DNA of 32,000 bases from Candidatus Electrothrix sp. GW3-4 (GTDB lineage Bacteria > Desulfobacterota > Desulfobulbia > Desulfobulbales > Desulfobulbaceae). The notes beneath the pieces are model-generated. The model was not told the origin of the DNA. It was given only the letters and a program-made list of their open reading frames with translations, and searched no databases. The stretch lies in the NCBI RefSeq assembly GCF_037902255.1, contig NZ_CP147990.1, positions 4,230,001-4,262,000 on the forward strand, given 5' to 3'. This document shows positions 15,334-24,827 of this stretch, piece after piece; the stretch's first letter is position 1, and each line of letters begins with the position of its first letter. Both the position numbers and the translations under genes were made by a program.

Positions 15334-17340
15334 TTATTCCGGCGTGAGTTCTGTAATCCGAAAATACCTTATTTTTCCTGGAACAACAGCGTATTTTCTT
15401 GTAATAGCCTTATACCCTTTTGCCTGAAGACGGAGTGTATACTCTCCAGCTGGTAACCCGAAGAAGGCGAAGCAGGTGTTATGACAGACATCCGCACGCT
15501 CAATAAGATAGTCATAGTTATTGATATCTTCGCCAATATCTTGCTGAAGTTTTCGTAGGATCCCCTTTCCCTGGAGCGTCAGTGACTCTATTTTGACTTT
15601 TTTATCAATAGAACGGTAGAGATAATCAGGCATTCCAAGGGCTTTATCCTCTTCTTGCAATGAAGAAGTCACGCAACCGCGAATTTCTCCGTCCGCTTGG
15701 AAGGTAACACCCAGCTCCTCTGTTGCCTTGCCCTTAATAGTAATCGGGATATTCTTTTCCTGCGGTGTTCCGGCCTCCACAACCATGTTGGCCACATAGT
15801 CCCCAGTCGGAAATGGTCCGAGAAAATGAATTTTTTTCTCGTCCTGGAGAAAGGTGACGATTTCAGCTCCCTCCCTTCCCACGGGACGGAGTATGAGCCG
15901 GGGATGGGGGCTCGCTCCTTCTCCCTCATAATCATAGGCAATCTGAACATTCAGATATCCAGCAGATTGCTGGGGCGAATTGCTCTGTTGCTCGGCGAAT
16001 TCGTTAAGAATGGTATTATACTGTTCCACCACTTCCTTGCTGGAGATGATACTGCTATGGTCCTCATTAAAGGCATAGTTCATTTGGGCCTCAGCTTGTG
16101 GTCTCGAGTCCAGAAGACTGGAGAGGGCGATGGTGCCGTCGTTGTTGGAGCTGAAAGGGTTTCTGGTTCCTTGATGTCCATAAAACATATAAAAGCGGAC
16201 CTGTTCCGGCATTTTTTTTCTGTACAGCGAGGTGATAAAATTGCCCTCTGGCTGCATATCCCGCCAACTTGGGATGACTGCCGGAGATTGTTCCACCCCG
16301 TATTCAGCCATCTTGTCTCCACCCCAAGGGGTTGCTAAGGCGATAAAAAGTTTTACCAGGGGAAATTTTTGCCCATAATTCACCAGAAAGGATCTGGCAA
16401 CTAGCCCTCCCATGCTATGGGCCGTAATATACATCTCTTTAAATTGATATTTGGCCTGTAGGTTGGAGAGTTTCCAGAGAAGAAGATAGGAGATGCTGTC
16501 AATGCGGGCCCCTGTGGGGTAGTAGAAAAACCAGGGTTGGAAGCGGGTTCTATCCATATGTTCCACAAAATACTGCCAGCCCTCTGGGGTCCCAGCTGCC
16601 CCGTGGATAAAAAGGACCGGTATTTTTTTTGGATCATACTTTTCGAGAAAGTATATATTGCCACCAAACTCTTTGAAAAATGCATAGGGCTCCCAAAAGC
16701 CCTTTGAGCCATTTTCCGGAGAAAAACGTTCGTCATCCAACTGTGCTAAGGTCCCTGCCTGCCGACTATAGAGCTTTCGCGGAGGAGGCGAAGAGATTGC
16801 TTTGCCCAAGGGAAAGACAAGAGGGGGCCCGTGTTCCGGGATCTCGATATCGATATCAAAGACAACACCAACTGCCGGGACCCGAACCTTTTGCGGACTG
16901 CCGTGCTGTCCTGCCAGCTCACCTTGCTCGTAGATCAGGTTGCTGTTCTTATCCTGAAAGGCAAAGACGTAGTACTCTCCCTGTCCGACCATGAGCTCAT
17001 ACTCGCCAGCCTCGTGGAGCACTGTATAGTGCGCAATCTTTTTTTCTTTGTCTGTAGAACAGGCAGCAATAATTATCGGCCCATTTTCGAGATGATCAGC
17101 ACGAACACGGCCTGTAATAACGGTTGACTCCAGGCTCTTGTCCACGTCCTTGTTGAGTTGGATCAGGGTGCAGCCTGTTACAAAAAAGTAAATAAGGAGG
17201 AAGGAGAGAAAGAAATTTGTTTTTGCTCTGCAATGGGTTATGTGCAAGTATCGACGACTTCTGGGAGTTGTCGGATCAACGTTTATGTTTTGTTGTTCCT
17301 CTCCTGAGGAGGAGGGATGGGCGTTAAAAGAATAATTCAT
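15334..17340 (-). CDS. Alpha/beta-hydrolase (lipase/esterase, PGAP1/DUF676-like) lipoprotein with flanking beta-sandwich regions
   Basis: 668 aa. Lipobox-like FFVTGC. Nucleophile elbow ITAHSMGGLVARSF, FIHGAAGTP oxyanion region, and C-terminal CarboxypepD_reg-like segments (GEYTLRLQAKGY). Confidence 0.75.
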   Translation of the reverse strand: MNYSFNAHPSSSGEEQQNINVDPTTPRSRRYLHITHCRAKTNFFLSFLLIYFFVTGCTLIQLNKDVDKSLESTVITGRVRADHLENGPIIIAACSTDKEKKIAHYTVLHEAGEYELMVGQGEYYVFAFQDKNSNLIYEQGELAGQHGSPQKVRVPAVGVVFDIDIEIPEHGPPLVFPLGKAISSPPPRKLYSRQAGTLAQLDDERFSPENGSKGFWEPYAFFKEFGGNIYFLEKYDPKKIPVLFIHGAAGTPEGWQYFVEHMDRTRFQPWFFYYPTGARIDSISYLLLWKLSNLQAKYQFKEMYITAHSMGGLVARSFLVNYGQKFPLVKLFIALATPWGGDKMAEYGVEQSPAVIPSWRDMQPEGNFITSLYRKKMPEQVRFYMFYGHQGTRNPFSSNNDGTIALSSLLDSRPQAEAQMNYAFNEDHSSIISSKEVVEQYNTILNEFAEQQSNSPQQSAGYLNVQIAYDYEGEGASPHPRLILRPVGREGAEIVTFLQDEKKIHFLGPFPTGDYVANMVVEAGTPQEKNIPITIKGKATEELGVTFQADGEIRGCVTSSLQEEDKALGMPDYLYRSIDKKVKIESLTLQGKGILRKLQQDIGEDINNYDYLIERADVCHNTCFAFFGLPAGEYTLRLQAKGYKAITRKYAVVPGKIRYFRITELTPE

Positions 17341-18070
17341 GTCGGCTTTCTCCCGTTATAAAAAAGTCGCAGGTCTCTAATGTAATGCCTCTATTATGCA
17401 AAGCAGCCATCACGATTTTTTTATTATAGGGATGGACTTGCTCATGGTTGATGTATTGGTCAATATTTATCCAGCGGGCTTCGATGATTTCCTGGATATC
17501 ACCGATCCTGATTGTTGTTGATAAGGGCCTGGCCTTGCAGACCAGATAGATATTAGATTCATTAAACTGACAGGGCGAGAAATACCCCATGGAAACGATG
17601 GAGTCCATCTGCACGGTTATTCCGGTCTCCTCGGCAACCTCCCGTGCAACAGCTTGGGAAATATTTTCCTCATTGTCTATGTAGCCGCCTGGAAGTTTAT
17701 ATGATTTGTAGATTCTATCTTTTACCACAAGCATATTATCGCCCTCGCGGACAAAGACGCCCACGCCGATGGTATGATTTGTGGGGGTGGGAATAAGAGG
17801 GTCCGAGATGACCTTTTTAACGAGGACGAGCTTTGTTTCGCTACAATCGTAAAATGTAAAATTCTGCTGTGTTAGGCAAGGGATATATTCTGATTTTTCG
17901 ATGGGCAAGGTCATCCAGATCAGTTTTTTATTTGGATGGTCAGCAATGATTTGGGCCAGTTTTTTCTCGAATGCTGCAGGAGGGAGCTTGAAGGCGGCAT
18001 CATCCAGGATTATGCCGCCATATTTGTCTTCCCTGTATGCAATCGCTGTGTGATCAATAAAAGGGTTCAT
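17324..18070 (-). CDS. NUDIX hydrolase with an N-terminal accessory domain
   Basis: Nudix box GGYIDNEENISQAVAREVAEETG. 248 aa. Confidence 0.85.
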   Translation of the reverse strand: MNPFIDHTAIAYREDKYGGIILDDAAFKLPPAAFEKKLAQIIADHPNKKLIWMTLPIEKSEYIPCLTQQNFTFYDCSETKLVLVKKVISDPLIPTPTNHTIGVGVFVREGDNMLVVKDRIYKSYKLPGGYIDNEENISQAVAREVAEETGITVQMDSIVSMGYFSPCQFNESNIYLVCKARPLSTTIRIGDIQEIIEARWINIDQYINHEQVHPYNKKIVMAALHNRGITLETCDFFITGESRHELFF

Positions 18071-18906
18071 GCTTTCCTGGCAATCACTGCAAATTCGCTG
18101 GATTTCTGATCATAAGGGCTGCCTGCAACGTCGGAATACAGCCCTTTGATGGAGAAGCCAGCCGCAACAAACTCGTTTTCAAGGTCTTCAGGGGTAAAAT
18201 GCTGAAACCAGTTGTAGACCTCTCTGGTGCGTTCAGGCTCAATGATTGTGTACTTATCAAGGATGACTTTCTCTTCATCGTATTTGAAGGTATTCACAAA
18301 ACCGTAATACTTGTTCGGTGACCAAAATCCGTTGAGTTGGTTCAGCTCATAGGTCGCGCTCTCTTCCCGTTGTTCGAACGCTGAGAGAGAGTTCACATCA
18401 AGCAGGACCGAGCCTCCCGGTTTGAGCATATTATGAAATTTGCTGAGAAGCACCTTGCGTTGGGTTGGGCTGAGGACGCAGAAATCACACATAATCATCA
18501 CAACAAGATCGAACTGCTCTTCCGCCTCAAATTCCAGGTAGTTCTGATTCAGATAGTTGATATTCAACTGTTCGCGGACTGCAACCTCTTTTGCATAGTC
18601 GATGGATCTCTTGGAGAAATCGATACCGGTCACTTGTGCGCCGTGCTTCGCCAAAGCTGTGGCATAGAGTCCCGGACCACAGCCGAAATCAGCGATCTTG
18701 GTGTTACTGCCGATCTTGAACTGCGCTGCGATCCATTCCACTGATCGCTTGATGAACTCCGCGTTTCGCGAAGAAACATCGATGTCCCCATTAAGATGGT
18801 ATGAAAGCATCTGCTTTGACGTATACTCATCTGTCCACAGATCACTTGCCGTGTAATACTGGAACGGTTCAGGGCGTTGGTTGATTTTCTCTAGTTCTTC
18901 AAACAT
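18067..18906 (-). CDS. Class I SAM-dependent methyltransferase
   Basis: Motif I IADFGCGPGLYA and post-I VTGIDFS. 279 aa. 4-nt overlap with the NUDIX gene. Confidence 0.85.
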   Translation of the reverse strand: MFEELEKINQRPEPFQYYTASDLWTDEYTSKQMLSYHLNGDIDVSSRNAEFIKRSVEWIAAQFKIGSNTKIADFGCGPGLYATALAKHGAQVTGIDFSKRSIDYAKEVAVREQLNINYLNQNYLEFEAEEQFDLVVMIMCDFCVLSPTQRKVLLSKFHNMLKPGGSVLLDVNSLSAFEQREESATYELNQLNGFWSPNKYYGFVNTFKYDEEKVILDKYTIIEPERTREVYNWFQHFTPEDLENEFVAAGFSIKGLYSDVAGSPYDQKSSEFAVIARKA

Positions 18907-18949
18907 GGTATTTCCTCGTTATTCCGCAGAACGCCGGGTTCAGCGGTGT

Positions 18950-19489
18950 TTAGTTGTCAACTGTACCGTTTTTCGGGCCGGTTGCTGTAAATCCTTCGTG
19001 AAAGATGACATTGCCCTGCGGTATGTTCCCGTCAAAGGAAAGAGCAAAGAACACTTCCTGCGGAACGCCCTCAAGAGCGAGATCGTCAACATTCTTAAAC
19101 CCGAATTGTCGGTAGTATTCCGGGTGCCCGACCAAGCAGCAGCCTTTCGCGTGAAGTGCTCGCAAGCGTGACAGCCCTTCCTGGATGAGTGCCTTGCCGA
19201 TCCCTTGGCGTTGAAAGTCCGGGAGCACGGAAACCGGGCCGAGTCCGTACCAGTCTGTGGTATCGTCCGATATGGTTACCGGAGAAAAGGCAATATGGCC
19301 TACAACACGGTCGTCTACCTCCGCAACCAATGAGATTGTCAGGGCATTGGCAGTTCGTAATGCCTCAATGATGAATTGTTCAGTGTGGTTGCTGATCTCC
19401 AGCGTCTCGAACGCTGCTTGCGTCACATCGGAGATGACTCTGTGGTCAGTCTTTTTTTCGTTTCTGATCAGGACGTTTGGTGATTTCAT
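18950..19489 (-). CDS. GNAT N-acetyltransferase (YhbS/COG3153-like)
   Basis: Acetyl-CoA motif QRQGIGKALI and VGHPEYYRQFGF. It is a paralogue-like relative of 28184..28729. Confidence 0.85.
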   Translation of the reverse strand: MKSPNVLIRNEKKTDHRVISDVTQAAFETLEISNHTEQFIIEALRTANALTISLVAEVDDRVVGHIAFSPVTISDDTTDWYGLGPVSVLPDFQRQGIGKALIQEGLSRLRALHAKGCCLVGHPEYYRQFGFKNVDDLALEGVPQEVFFALSFDGNIPQGNVIFHEGFTATGPKNGTVDN

Positions 19490-19640
19490 GAAAGAATCCT
19501 TTATTTTCTATAGCGTGGCTAACATAGAGCTAACCAGCCTGGGTATAGCCGTTGCATATGCCGCGAAATACCGACATTGGCAAAAAACACGAATGGTGGA
19601 CGGTCCGATTTAGTAACTGGTTATACATTTTTTATAAATA

Positions 19641-19895
19641 TCACCACTTACGCCATCTTAGTTTTGACTTGGTAAATTTCGGACAAATATTCCTCCTATG
19701 TTCCGAATTAGCCGAACACCATTGCCCACATCCTTGGTCTTTTCTGTCGTTCACAACAAATTCTCTACAGTTACGACAAGTCCTTTTAATATCATCTTTG
19801 AAAAACTCAACCATCATGCCACATTTTGGACAGGGTTTTTCAAAAATTGCTTCAAAACCCCATTCTTCAGTATTATTTCCTGAGCATCTTCTCAT
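19641..19895 (-). CDS. Small Cys-rich (zinc-ribbon-like) hypothetical protein
   Basis: 84 aa with CPKCG, CRNC, CGQWC and ICPKF. Confidence 0.45.
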   Translation of the reverse strand: MRRCSGNNTEEWGFEAIFEKPCPKCGMMVEFFKDDIKRTCRNCREFVVNDRKDQGCGQWCSANSEHRRNICPKFTKSKLRWRKW

Positions 19896-19940
19896 TGCAG
19901 CACCTTTTTTATCGGTTCATTTTATTTGTATAACATGATC

Positions 19941-19967
19941 AGTACCCAAGCAGAGCTTGGGTACCAG
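19941..19967 (+). repeat. REP-like single hairpin (right-hand unit only)
   Basis: agtacccaagcagagcttgggtaccag: 9-bp stem tacccaagc/gcttgggta with a 3-nt loop. It is identical in core to the right hairpin of the composite elements below. Confidence 0.8.
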
Positions 19968-19983
19968 TAAATAGTTACCTTAA

Positions 19984-20664
19984 TTATTTCATAGCTCTGC
20001 TAACCGGATTAAATCCCTTTGCAAAAAGCCAAATGGGCAATAGAAGGAGTTCAAACAAAGCACCAGGCACATATAGAATACCCCCTGTCCCTGTAGTATC
20101 AATTATCCCAAGAAGATCAAGAGGAGCACTTACAAATACCAACGTATACCCAAAAACACCTACCACGGAAATTATTCGGGGAATCAAACGTGTTTTGTAG
20201 AGTAAACAACAGAGTATCATGCTGGCAATACTTAGAATAATCATTGCCATCTGATAGCCAATATATCTGGCTTCCACAGCAACATTGGCTAAAATATGGA
20301 AGTAGGACGAGTCTGGGGAACCTGCCTTTATAAATTCCTGACTTAAAGTTAAAAGAAGAAAATAAACAATAGCTCCAATAAGAAGGAGTAAACATTCCAT
20401 TACTCTTGAACATACATAGGTAATTGCAATTATTCTACTATGCTTTTCCATGATTGGATAAAAGAGAACCGCAATACCAACAACTCCGAGAGACATGAAT
20501 AAAATTGAGAATGCTCCAATGTAAAATTGAGCTTCATTTGCATAATAATCAGAAAGAGATGCTTGGAGAATTGGTGCTACTGTGTAAGCGTCAATCATCC
20601 CAAAAATCATTGTGATGATGAACAATGCTCCCACAGCTTTTGCTATCTTATTTTCTGTACTCAT
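19984..20664 (-). CDS. DUF4386-like multi-pass membrane protein
   Basis: 226 aa with about 6 TM helices. The N-terminal KAVGALFIITMIFGM pattern resembles DUF4386. Confidence 0.6.
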   Translation of the reverse strand: MSTENKIAKAVGALFIITMIFGMIDAYTVAPILQASLSDYYANEAQFYIGAFSILFMSLGVVGIAVLFYPIMEKHSRIIAITYVCSRVMECLLLLIGAIVYFLLLTLSQEFIKAGSPDSSYFHILANVAVEARYIGYQMAMIILSIASMILCCLLYKTRLIPRIISVVGVFGYTLVFVSAPLDLLGIIDTTGTGGILYVPGALFELLLLPIWLFAKGFNPVSRAMK

Positions 20665-20700
20665 GCCTTTTCCTTTTTTTGCATAACGACTTGTTATCTC

Positions 20701-21096
20701 TTAATTTCTATAAGTATCTATATCAATACTTGCCTTAACTTTGTACAAAAACTCAATAACATCATCTTCAAAACCAATGATAGGTGTTGATTTTGTTTCG
20801 TCTGTAGTGATCCAGAGCACCACCTGTAAGTAAGCTTCAAGGTTGAATTTCTGTTTTGCTTCTATAATTTCTTTTGTATGGGGTTTTATGGTTTTTATAA
20901 GCGAAGAGGACATTTTGTAAATATCGACTATTTCCCCTTTCACTGTATCAGATGATAAATTCCAGTAAGATTTCTTGGGGATAGGATTGGCCTTTTTCTT
21001 GGCTTTCGATGGATTAATTCCGAGGAATTCAGTTAATTCTTTTGGGTCAAAATCATCGCCTATCAATCCAAAGTAAACTCTTCCTTCATTGCTCAT
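20701..21096 (-). CDS. DUF4279-like protein
   Basis: 131 aa. FGLIGDDFDPKELTEFLGINPSKA matches the DUF4279 N-terminal signature as I recall it. Confidence 0.6.
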   Translation of the reverse strand: MSNEGRVYFGLIGDDFDPKELTEFLGINPSKAKKKANPIPKKSYWNLSSDTVKGEIVDIYKMSSSLIKTIKPHTKEIIEAKQKFNLEAYLQVVLWITTDETKSTPIIGFEDDVIEFLYKVKASIDIDTYRN

Positions 21097-21110
21097 TATT
21101 TTATTTTTTT

Positions 21111-21220
21111 TTCCTGATTCCCAGGCTCCAGCTTGGGAATCCTTATTCCTGAAGCTTTGCTTCCCTTATGAAGCGGAGCTTCACGGCGTTAGTACCCAAG
21201 CAGAGCTTGGGCACCAGCAA
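21111..21220 (+). repeat. Composite REP/BIME-like element (three hairpins)
   Basis: ttcctgattcccaggctccagcttgggaat...gaagctttgcttcccttatgaagcggagcttcacggcgttagtacccaagcagagcttgggcaccagcaa. Confidence 0.9.
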
Positions 21221-21270
21221 AATCTCCATGCTATGGCAACAGTAGTTTGTGCCTTTGGTTGATATTACGG

Positions 21271-21792
21271 CTAAACACTTTCTAGTTTTTTCCCTAATGA
21301 TGGAGAATAAATAGTATAAACTTTCTGTTTCACTTCATTATCGTAGCTCAATCCGGCTCTTATATCATAAGGTGCAATAAGTTCCTTAAAAGCGGACTCA
21401 ATATTCTCAATGCCCCATTCAGTATCAATGTATCTGCACGGGAATTCTGAATGCGGATTTGGTGTATGTAAATATACAGCATCGTCATAACCATTTTTTT
21501 CATAGAGGCAGAGCCAAATCTGAAAAGGTATTTCCAGCAGATTTGTCTCATGAACGATCCGATGAAACATAGCGAAAAGTGCTTGTATATGCTTTCTTCT
21601 GTTTTTCCAACTCTTATTCGATGATCCGTTCTGATCAATATGACTATGCCAGTAATTAAACCAATGATCTGGTTCTGCTATGATTGAAAAGTTCTCGGCT
21701 TTGCTCATAAGCTGCCTGTAATATCTCCCCAGACCTCTAACTTTTCTTTTAGGCAAGAGGCTGGGAGTAATTTTGAAGAGTTCTTGATTCAT
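21271..21792 (-). CDS. Hypothetical protein
   Basis: 173-aa ORF flanked by REP-like elements on both sides. No motif recognised. Confidence 0.55.
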   Translation of the reverse strand: MNQELFKITPSLLPKRKVRGLGRYYRQLMSKAENFSIIAEPDHWFNYWHSHIDQNGSSNKSWKNRRKHIQALFAMFHRIVHETNLLEIPFQIWLCLYEKNGYDDAVYLHTPNPHSEFPCRYIDTEWGIENIESAFKELIAPYDIRAGLSYDNEVKQKVYTIYSPSLGKKLESV

Positions 21793-21817
21793 ATTTTAAT
21801 ACTCCCATCAGACGTTT

Positions 21818-21951
21818 GTTTCCTGGTTTCCTTTCCTAGTTTTCCTAGTTCCCAAGCTCCAGCTTGGGAACCCTTGTTCCTGAAGCTCTGCTTCCCCTAT
21901 GAAGCCGAGCTTCACGGCGTTAGTACCCAAGCAGAGCTTGGGCACCAGCAA
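21818..21951 (+). repeat. Composite REP/BIME-like element (full length, with extra tttcct(g/a)gtt mini-repeats at the left end)
   Basis: Hairpin 1 is ttcccaagct-cc-agcttgggaa. The central hairpin is gaagctc-t-gcttc-ccctat-gaagc-c-gagcttc. Hairpin 3 is gtacccaagc-aga-gcttgggcac, followed by cagcaa. Confidence 0.9.
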
Positions 21952-21990
21952 TCCAGTAAAAGAAGCTCCGAGTCTTTATTCCATTTCCTT

Positions 21991-22524
21991 TCACCATTGA
22001 CAAACCACCTCAATCAATCCCGGCTTCCCGGCATAATTGACCGCACTGGAATACCGCCAATGCTCGGCAGCCTCAACATATCCTCGTTTCACCGGATTCT
22101 GGTGGATATACTCCAGTTTCTGCCGCATTACAGCCTCGTTTTCAATGTATTGCGGGTGAAAACCCTCTTCCCATACCTGATATTCGGATTCCCGCTTATG
22201 GTGTCGTTTGAAAAGAGCGAACAGATGCAGCAGTCGCTCCGCTTTGACCTCATGCAGATGGTCGATAATCTTTCGGGCTGTATATGATTTAAAGCGTTGC
22301 ATATCTTTGCTCAGATTCGGTGACTGTGCTATCAGGTGAAGATGGTTTTCCAGAATAATATAACCGTACAGCCTGAAATTGTGTTTTTCCTGCAAATATT
22401 GCCAGCTATCAAGGACGATCTGTACTGTTTCCGGTCGAGTGAAGACCGGGAGCCAGTTGTTCACAGTTGAAGTCATGAAATACGGAGCGTCAGGCGAGAA
22501 GATATGGTATCGGCTGCGCGGCAT
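21991..22524 (-). CDS. REP-associated tyrosine transposase (RAYT; IS200/IS605-like Y1 HUH transposase)
   Basis: I place the start at MPRSRYH (ATG 22524) with AGGAGG 5 nt upstream. The track's extra 56 residues are a translation of the REP element. HUH motif ENHLHLI and catalytic Tyr region LEYIHQNPVKRGYV. REP-like elements flank it on both sides. Confidence 0.85.
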   Translation of the reverse strand: MPRSRYHIFSPDAPYFMTSTVNNWLPVFTRPETVQIVLDSWQYLQEKHNFRLYGYIILENHLHLIAQSPNLSKDMQRFKSYTARKIIDHLHEVKAERLLHLFALFKRHHKRESEYQVWEEGFHPQYIENEAVMRQKLEYIHQNPVKRGYVEAAEHWRYSSAVNYAGKPGLIEVVCQW

Positions 22525-22545
22525 TTCATCCTCCTGTATTTCTTT

Positions 22546-22587
22546 TTCTGGTTTCTGGTTCCCAAGCTCCAGCTTGGGCACCAGCAA
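22546..22587 (+). repeat. Short REP-like element (left arm of hairpin 1 fused to right arm of hairpin 3)
   Basis: ttctggtttctggttcccaagctccagcttgggcaccagcaa. The central ~65 bp of the composite element are missing. Confidence 0.85.
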
Positions 22588-22612
22588 AAATGTGCTCCGC
22601 TTAAAACCTTCG

Positions 22613-23008
22613 TTAGTCCTTGTAATACTGCTTAAATTCATCTGAAGGATCACGGTCTGAGTAGATATAAACGGAGTTCCCGATAGGATCAATTACAGAA
22701 AACCCTCTGTCCCCCCAAGGGTGGTCTTCCAATGGCATTGCTGCTTGCAGACCTGCTTCTGTCAATCTGGAATGTTCTGCATCAACATCATCAACCTTGA
22801 AATTGAGCATTACGCCCGCACCTCCAAATACTGGCATATTTTCTTGTGGTTGCATAAATTGAATCGTTGGACCGCCTTCACCGATGCGCAGATTGACATA
22901 CCAGCCACAATCAAAAATAGCTTTTGCCGAGAAATGCTGTTCATAGAATTCTCGACACGCATCTACATCTTTTGTACAGAAACATGTTGATAGCTCATTT
23001 GTCTTCAT
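22613..23008 (-). CDS. VOC/glyoxalase/bleomycin-resistance family protein
   Basis: 131 aa. Typical VOC pattern (DVDACREFYEQHF..., FKVDDVDAEHSRL, PWGDRGFSVIDPIGN). Confidence 0.8.
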   Translation of the reverse strand: MKTNELSTCFCTKDVDACREFYEQHFSAKAIFDCGWYVNLRIGEGGPTIQFMQPQENMPVFGGAGVMLNFKVDDVDAEHSRLTEAGLQAAMPLEDHPWGDRGFSVIDPIGNSVYIYSDRDPSDEFKQYYKD

Positions 23009-23079
23009 AGTGTCTCCTTTATTGGGCTAACAGTGTTGATAAGTGGAAATTTCCATCCGGTTGACAGCAACCGCTTCAA

Positions 23080-23934
23080 TCACACCACCGCAACAGCAAA
23101 AAACTCCACCCCGTGTCGATCTGCCCCCTTGATCAATTCCGGTGCCTCTCTCCAGCCATGCTGCTGTAGAAACGATGCAAGCTCTTCAGGCCGGATACTC
23201 CATAACCACGGCTCGCCGACAACTTTCTGCAACCAAAGCATCAGCCCTGTCCATCGCCCGACGTATGGCCGACCATCTTCGCCGCTGGGAATGTAGGAAA
23301 AGGCGATGCGCGATCCCTGACCGACACTTGCCGCGCATTGCCTGAACAAGGATTGCACAGCTTCTGTCGGTAAGTACATGACAAGCCCTTCGGCAAGGAT
23401 AACGCTTTGCGCCGTTACGTCCCAATTCGCATTTGTTCTCAGCACATCAGACAGTTCCCTCTCACCCAAATCCTCAGCGATCAGGTGAAGGTTCTCACTT
23501 GCTCCTAACGCCTCAACCCCTTTCTGTTTCAGAGCAGATGTGGCCGGATGATCAATCTCGAAAAAACGTACCCCCGAAAACTCCGGTGCCAATCGACAAC
23601 ACAGGGTATCGTATCCTGCTCCGAGGACAAGAATCTGGGTCGCTCCGCTACTGATACTGTCCCGTACCTGCTGTTCACAGAACGCCTTGCGAAAGGCGAA
23701 GGCCTCAAACTGGCCCGGCAGCATCCAGTCAAAGGCTTCATACACAGCAATCATTCTGGGAGAGCGGGCCAACCGGACTGTCCTTTCCCCGGCAGCACCT
23801 GATGCAACAAGTAATTGTGCAGTGGCATCAACAATCCCGTGTGGAAGAACCGTGTCCATTCCGGGTTGTGAGCCGAGAGTGACAATGTTCAGGGCGACCT
23901 TGCGGGCCGTCATGCTCGGTTTGTTTTTATCCAT
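23080..23934 (-). CDS. SAM-dependent O-methyltransferase, LCMT/TcmP-like (COG3315 type)
   Basis: QILVLGAGYDT motif in a 284-aa GC-rich gene. Confidence 0.8.
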   Translation of the reverse strand: MDKNKPSMTARKVALNIVTLGSQPGMDTVLPHGIVDATAQLLVASGAAGERTVRLARSPRMIAVYEAFDWMLPGQFEAFAFRKAFCEQQVRDSISSGATQILVLGAGYDTLCCRLAPEFSGVRFFEIDHPATSALKQKGVEALGASENLHLIAEDLGERELSDVLRTNANWDVTAQSVILAEGLVMYLPTEAVQSLFRQCAASVGQGSRIAFSYIPSGEDGRPYVGRWTGLMLWLQKVVGEPWLWSIRPEELASFLQQHGWREAPELIKGADRHGVEFFAVAVV

Positions 23935-24763
23935 TGTTATTCTTGTTGAATCTTATTTTGACAAGTTTCACCATGTTTCTGAATTTCGGAGAAAGACGAA
24001 CAAGCAGTCTGACGAATATTTTTTGCCTGTTTTTATGATAGTCAAACATATTCCATTCATCTTCTACGATGATATCAGAATGTAATAATTTCAAATCGTC
24101 TGTATCGGAAATACCCCAGGTGAAGCTGATATCTTTGTTTTTCGCTTTGTTCTTAACATGATAGTTCACCAGTTTGGTATGGAATACTTCACAAATCATT
24201 ATAGATGAAGGAAAATTATTGTTTATTTCCCGCAGCAAATTTTTTATTTCATCTTCATGAAGATACATCAAGAGTCCTTCAGCAATAAACAGATAATTAT
24301 ACGAAGCATCTTTTTCGATATCATCAATCCATGAATAATCAAGAACTGACTTTCCTATAGATGTATGTTTCTCCGTATCGCTATAGAATTTCCTTCTGAA
24401 TTCAATAGCCTCATGCAGATCAATATCGTACCAAAATTTAATTTTATCCGAATTCATTCGACTAAAACGGGTATCCAAACCTGCACCGAGATTCACTATC
24501 ACAGGGTTTTCCGTCTTATTTATAAATTCAACAATCTGACTGTCCAATATTTTTGTCCTGACCGAGACTAAAAATTGTCCACTCGTATTCTTGTTGAAAT
24601 AAGAAAAGTCATGATCAAGCAAGTCTATCATTTCAACCGCTTTTGTATCGGTGATGATTGCGTCTGAACGCAAGGTCTCGGAGGCTTTAAAATAAAGCGG
24701 AGCAAACATGGATTCAAATATCGGATTTTTATCAATCAAATCTTGAGGATTAATTTTGTTCAT
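23927..24763 (-). CDS. SAM-dependent O-methyltransferase, LCMT/TcmP-like (second, AT-rich copy)
   Basis: VIVNLGAGLDTRFSRM motif in a 278-aa gene. Its stop overlaps the downstream methyltransferase start by 8 nt (ATGGATAA). Confidence 0.8.
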   Translation of the reverse strand: MNKINPQDLIDKNPIFESMFAPLYFKASETLRSDAIITDTKAVEMIDLLDHDFSYFNKNTSGQFLVSVRTKILDSQIVEFINKTENPVIVNLGAGLDTRFSRMNSDKIKFWYDIDLHEAIEFRRKFYSDTEKHTSIGKSVLDYSWIDDIEKDASYNYLFIAEGLLMYLHEDEIKNLLREINNNFPSSIMICEVFHTKLVNYHVKNKAKNKDISFTWGISDTDDLKLLHSDIIVEDEWNMFDYHKNRQKIFVRLLVRLSPKFRNMVKLVKIRFNKNNNG

Positions 24764-24827
24764 AGGACGCTCTTTTTGAGGTGTATACGTGATACTGTGT
24801 CAGTCTGAAAAAGAATACGGAACCAGA

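Noticed and set aside
21784-22692. Track ORFs that translate the REP-like elements (21784..22287, 28563..28814, 29380..29655, and the N-terminal 56 aa of 21991..22692), which share peptides such as FPSSSLG...KLCFPYEAELHGVS
   Set aside because: The recurring peptide is simply the repeat read in one frame. It appears in the opposite orientation to the neighbouring real genes and lacks start context.
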